Origin: the human T2T-CHM13v2.0 reference genome, Homo sapiens
Reading direction: 5' to 3' (one strand)
Length of the DNA stretch: 64,000 nucleotides
Assembly (NCBI RefSeq): GCF_009914755.1
Contig: NC_060935.1
Shown: piece by piece, positions 49,300 through 64,000 of the stretch
How positions within the stretch are numbered: the first letter of the stretch is position 1
How the letters are laid out: every line of letters starts with the position of its first letter
The notes under the pieces: generated by a model
Databases searched by the model: none
The model's input: only the letters and a program-made list of their open reading frames with translations
Told to the model about the DNA's origin: nothing
Translations under genes and position numbers: made by a program

Positions 49300-51457
49300 C
49301 AGACAAGTTATCTGCTGCAGTATAACAAATTACCCCAAAACTGAGAGGCTTAAAACAGTTCTCAGTTATGATTCCACGGCTTCTCCAGGTCAGGAATCTG
49401 GCTGCAGCTTAGCTGGGCCCTCTGGCTCACAGTCCCTCCCAGGCTGCAACCCAGGCATCGTACTTGATGTGGGAATTGCTGTGGACCAGTGCCTGCTTCA
49501 GGCTTCCCACCAACCCCTTCCTGGCTTTGAACAGAAATAGCCACAGCAGGCATCTTAGGTGTCATAGACAGAGAGACTCTATTTTTGTTGTTTGATCACC
49601 GACAGCTTCTATGTCCCCATCCCTCCACTTTGCCCCATATCTGGGTGGCCCAATCAGAGAGCCCAAGGGTGCCCTCTGTCTCTTGGCATGAGTGGGAATT
49701 TCAAACCACATCAGCCCCAGGCTGCACCTGGGCACCTCCACCCGGGTCATCCTTCTGCACGGCAGAAACCTGAGGCCACTTCTTCCCTCCCCACACAGCT
49801 TATTCTGCTCCAGACCAACCTTGAGCCCTCCTGTGGGAGGAAGGGCTGTTTCTCCTCTTGCTGTTTATTATGTGAGTGATAAATTTGATGTCATGTCCAT
49901 TGGTGCCAATGTCTTTCATCCCAGTATCCACAAATCCCTGGGTGGGGGCCGCCCAGTGTCCGGCAGGGATGCCAGGCACCCAAATCACACAATTTATGCT
50001 GGGAACCGGAGGGCTGGATGCCGATCCTACATGGCATGTGTTTCTTCTCTCACTCTTGGCTTACTCACCAGGTCCATACCACAGGTAGTGGGCTCAGACT
50101 GGCCTGGACCGTCTTGGCCGATTGCTGGCACGCCTGTGCTCTGGGCCACATCACTTTAGGGTGGTTCTCCTGGGATTTTCCAAGCATCTGCTTTAAAAGT
50201 AGCAGCTTAAGCCAGAGGTAATGATGGGGAAAGGGGGCTGAGGAGCCAGACATAAAGTGAATCCTGACCCCAGACTGGACCCTAGTAGTTGGTAGCATCA
50301 TTCATTGGAGGGAATGGTTATATGTCTCAGCCAGAAGCTGGCCCCACATTTCCCAAACGCTGCACGTAAAAAGGCAAGAACTCCCCGCGGGGGCCACTGT
50401 TTGAACAAGAATTTATGTGGTGTTCAGAGCCCCAGGATTCCCATGGCAGAGGTTCCTCAGGGCTCGGCAAGCAGGTACATTACTGCTGCTGTCCTCACTG
50501 CCGTGACATGGTCATGCACACTGAGACTCCCTGGAGAAAAAAATTAAATAAACCCCCCCCCTAAAATATCCCTAATTACAAAAGGTGAAGATAAAATGAC
50601 TCAGGTCAAGGAAAAAAATTGTCCTAACTGTCATCCAAAAGACCACCAGGACGGCTACACAGTCGAAAGAGGAGCTTTACTGGCAAACTGGGAGGAGAGA
50701 CTCATCTCAAACAAACAAAAAAGGAAATGTAATTGCCATTGTAACAATGTCGTGGAGGGGACCCTCCATAGGCGATTAGGTCATGAAGGCTCTGCCCCCA
50801 TGAATTAATTAATCCTGTTATGGCAGGAGTAGGTTAGTGATCACGAGACTGGGTGTGTTATAAAAGTGAGGTCGGCCTGATTTCCTCCCTGTCTCACATG
50901 CTTGCTTCTGCCTTACACCCTTCTGCCACAAGATGACCCTTGCCCAAAGCCAGCACCATGCTCTTGGACTTCCCAGCCTCCAAAACTGGGAGAAATAAAT
51001 TTCTTTTATCAGTTGTCCAATTTGTGGTGTTAATTTGCAGACTAAGACAGGCTTTCTAATAACGTTTGTTGGGGCTACTTGGATTTTTGAGGCAACATAT
51101 TCCCACTTACACATTTCATGAAAACCTCTTTATTCAATTTCTCCTAAGTCTGCTCATTATAAACAGCCACTTCACACAAGCCCTCCAGGCTGTGTAGGGA
51201 ACGGCTCCACCATGGCACCCTGGTGGCCCTGAACATATCCACACAGGCTACAGAGGCGAAAGCTCAAACTGAGGCTCATCTGAGTCATGACAGGACACTT
51301 TGTGATCCTCCAGAGAGTGGGAGGCCTGTAGGAGCTGCTACCACTCCCGTTGGCTCCCTGTCTCCCCCAGGAGGCTGTCATGAGAAGGTTCTGCATGGCC
51401 TTCGGGTTCTGATGAGGCCTGCCACTGTCTGTCCTGCCCTCTTCTGAACAGAGTTGC
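49300..51457. mobile_element. Ancient ERVL/MaLR LTR and internal fragments
   Basis: MLT1-like motifs at ~49310-49460 and ~50750-51050, with decayed pol-like sequence around them. Confidence 0.45.
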
Positions 51458-52481
51458 TGTTGCAGGAAATCAGGGACCCTGAACGGAGTGACCAGCTGGA
51501 GCCGTGCCATAGGAACATAAATTGTGAAGATTTCATTTTAATATGGACATTTATCAGTTCCCAAATAATACTTTTGTAATTTCTTATGCCTGTCTTTACT
51601 TTAATCTCTTAATCCTGTTATCTTCATAAGCTAGGATGTACATCACCTCAGGACCACTGTGATAATTGTGTTAACTGTACAAATTGATTGTAAAACATGT
51701 GTGTTTGAACAATATGAAATCAGTGCACCTTGAAAAAGAACAGAATAACAGTGATTTTTAGGGAACAAGGGAAGACAACCATAAGGTCTGACTGCCTGTG
51801 GGGTCAGGCAAAAAGAGCCATATTTTCTTCTTGCAGAGAGCCTATAAACGGACATGCAAGTAGGAAACATATTGCTAAATTCTTTTCCTAGCAAGGAATA
51901 TTAAGATTAATATCCTGGGAAAGGAATGCATTCCTTGGGGGAGGTCTATAATAACCGCTCTGGGAATGTCTGTCTTGTGCAGTTGAGATAAGGACTGAGA
52001 TATGCTCTGGTCTCCTGCAGTACCCTCAGGCTTACCAGGGTGGGGAAAAACTCTGCCCTGGTAAATTTGTGGTCAGACTGGTTCTCTGCTCTTGAACCCT
52101 CTTTTCTGTTGTTTAAGATGTCTATCAAGACAATATATGCACTGCTGAACATAGACCCTTATCAGTAGTTCTGCTTTTGCCCTTTGCCTTGTGATCTTTG
52201 TTAGACCCTTATTAGTGGTTCTGCTTTTTGCCCTTTGAAGCATGTGATCTTTGTACTTACTCCCTGTTCTCACACCCCCTCCCCTTTTGAAACCCTTAAG
52301 AAAAACTTGCTGGTTTTGAGGATCAGGCAGGCCTCATGGTCCTACTGATATGTGATGTCACCCCGGCAGCCTAGCTGTAAAATTCCTCTCTTTATACTGT
52401 CTCTCTATTTCTCAGCCAGCCGACACTTATGGAAAATAGAAAGAACCTACATTGAAATATTGGGGGTGGGTTCCCCCAATA
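51458..52481 (+). mobile_element. MER11-type 5' LTR of HERV-K (HML-8)
   Basis: TGTTGCAGGAAATCAGGGACC...GGTTCCCCCAATA, then a Lys-type PBS TGGCACACCAACGTGG from 52484. Confidence 0.9.
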
Positions 52482-58198
<5,717 letters not shown>

Positions 58199-58320
58199 TG
58201 TTGAGGGAAGTCAGGGACTCCGAATGGAGGGACCAGCTGGAGCCATGCCAGAAGAACATAAATTGTGAAGATTTCATTTTAATATAGACATTTATCAGTT
58301 CACAAATAATACTTTTATAA
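58199..58320 (+). mobile_element. Truncated 3' MER11 LTR
   Basis: Repeats the first ~120 nt of the 5' LTR, then breaks into MLT-like sequence. Confidence 0.88.
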
Positions 58321-62187
<3,867 letters not shown>

Positions 62188-64000
62188 TCAGACACGGAGG
62201 CCATGACACAACCTGCTCGTCCACTCAGGGGTCCAGAACCTCCACCCAGTCACCTTATCCGGGGGTGATGGAGACAAGGGAGGTGCCACCTACGCCAGTG
62301 TCATCTCTTACAATGAGCTCTTCTCCTGCTCGAAAAGAGCCAGCCTGCTGAGCTTGCTGCCAGGGCCCGTCGCACTGCCTGCGCTGTGTTGCCCGTCGCA
62401 CAGCCTGTGATATGTGTTTCCCGTCACACGGCCTGTGATATATGTTTCCCATCATGTGTGCATGTGTGTTGTCATGTAGTGTCTGTCACAGGTGTTACCC
62501 GTCATGTGTGTTTGCATGTTGCATGTGTGTGGCCTATCAGGTGTAAATATGTGTTGTCTGGCACATGTCAGCATCTGGGCATTCTCCGTGTGCCAGGAGC
62601 AGCCAGGTGGCCTGTGAAGCCTTCTCATGGGAAATGCCCAGATAGGAAGAGCACAGCCAGGAGCCAAGCCCCTGAGTGGCCACTCCATGTGCCTGGATCA
62701 CCTTCAAGTCTGCTCAACACCAGAGCCTCTGTTCCTTGGCACCATGGACATTGGAATTGACTCGGAACTGGGAAGAGCTGTAGACCCACTATCCAGGCAC
62801 CCGCTCTCCGTTTGCCCAGCATCCCAGGGGCCCACACCCTTCCAAATATCATCTTGCCCTCCATTCAGAGGTGAATCATCCGAGCGTCAGGTTGCCCAAC
62901 TCCGACTGGTTTTGCTGGAGCCTCCATGGAGGATGTCACCAGACACCTCCAGAGAACACTCAGTCTACAGATGCCGAGGGGGAACTGGAAGCACACAGTG
63001 CTGGCCTTCACCCAGGTTATGGTGGCACCTTGGGACCGCTTCTGAGTCTGCTTGTCACTGAAGGTCGGCGTGAGGCAGGCAGCGTTCCCTCCCAGATTTA
63101 GAAAATGTCAAGTCTCCCGCCGCACCCTTTTGTGTTTCTTACAGGGCCTGGTGCGCTTGCTGCCGCCACACTAAGGGCTCCAACATGTTCCCTCACACAC
63201 TCAACAGAGAAGGAACCTGTGGCTCAGATGGCAGACTCCCTGTCCAAGGCCACAGAGTCTGGCCCCAGGGACCACTAGAGGCTTCAAGAACCAAACTCAC
63301 ATGAGGGCAGAGAGGAGAGATGGGGCCAGTTTAGGGCTGGGAGAATCCATAGAGCGATGCTGAGGCAGGCATGGAGCCTGGAGGTACGGACGAGGGTCTC
63401 GCCAAAGTCAGGGGTAAAGAGGCTGTGGGGAGTGAGGAATGGTGTGGGCCAGCCCCGGGCCTGCTGGCGTGCAGCTGGGGGCTCCATGGCCCTCCCACGG
63501 CCCCCACTTGTCCTCACCCAACCGTTCAGAGCTCTTCATGGCGGGGGTGTCCCTCTCCTCTGGCCACAAGAGGAGCGGGTGGAGGAACGGCACCTTCAGG
63601 CCTTGTAGGGGGTCTGCCCCTCCACCAGCCTGTTTCTCGTGGGCATCGCAGCTGAGGCTGTAGCCGGGAAAGGGTAGTCACCGAGCGTACCTGGCCTCCA
63701 ACCACCACTTCCAAGGCCCCTACTGGGCACAGGGTGACCCCACCGTGGCTCGGAAGTAGACCCTGTCCGACGCGGGGATGGTCGCTGGAGGGCCGAGGAT
63801 GCCTACACAGGCCCCTGGAGGGTGTGCCTCGGGAGTCTGTCTCGCCCTCTGGACCCATGGGGGACCAGCAACGCCGTCACACCCTCCTCTGTCTCTGCCA
63901 GCCGCTCCGCCGCTCCCTTCTCCTGGCTGGGGCTGGCAAAGGCAGGCAGGTATGGGGGGCGGGGCCTCAGGAGGGAGGAAGGGCTGGTGGGCGGGGCCTA

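Noticed and set aside
62200-64000. UNC93B pseudogene exons
   Set aside because: Expected nearby from locus knowledge, but no frame here resembles UNC93B1.

Overview
Human-type (primate) genomic DNA, recognisable as the 11q13.2 ACY3-ALDH3B2 interval. It contains the 5' non-coding end of ACY3 (minus strand; gene identity from locus knowledge) and the whole of ALDH3B2 on the minus strand. ALDH3B2 has 8 coding exons giving a 385-aa ORF that ends in the CaaX box CTLL, plus two upstream exons whose reading frame is broken by an in-frame TGA. The rest is dominated by repeats: dozens of Alus, a truncated L1PB-type LINE, several solo LTRs, four degraded proviral remnants (MER4-group ERV1, HERV-E/Harlequin-like env plus LTR, HERV-IP10-like, HERV-K HML-8), an RPL37 retropseudogene and two long TG-rich tandem arrays. 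The most notable observations are: (1) a full-length, intronless, Alu-split retrocopy at 4260-6088 (-) of an uncharacterised SAM-dependent methyltransferase-like gene, which I recall as the mouse 2700097O09Rik / zebrafish zgc:109986 family with no intact human member that I know of; (2) an in-frame upstream AUG that would extend ALDH3B2 to 486 aa and turn its premature stop into the end of a 36-codon uORF; (3) LTRs positioned to supply the ALDH3B2 poly(A) site and distal promoter and the ACY3 first exon; (4) a provirus with an APOBEC3-like G-to-A hypermutation pattern; (5) a perfect 52-bp inverted copy 25 kb from its source. Repeat subfamily names and orthologue comparisons are from memory and need RepeatMasker/BLAST confirmation.
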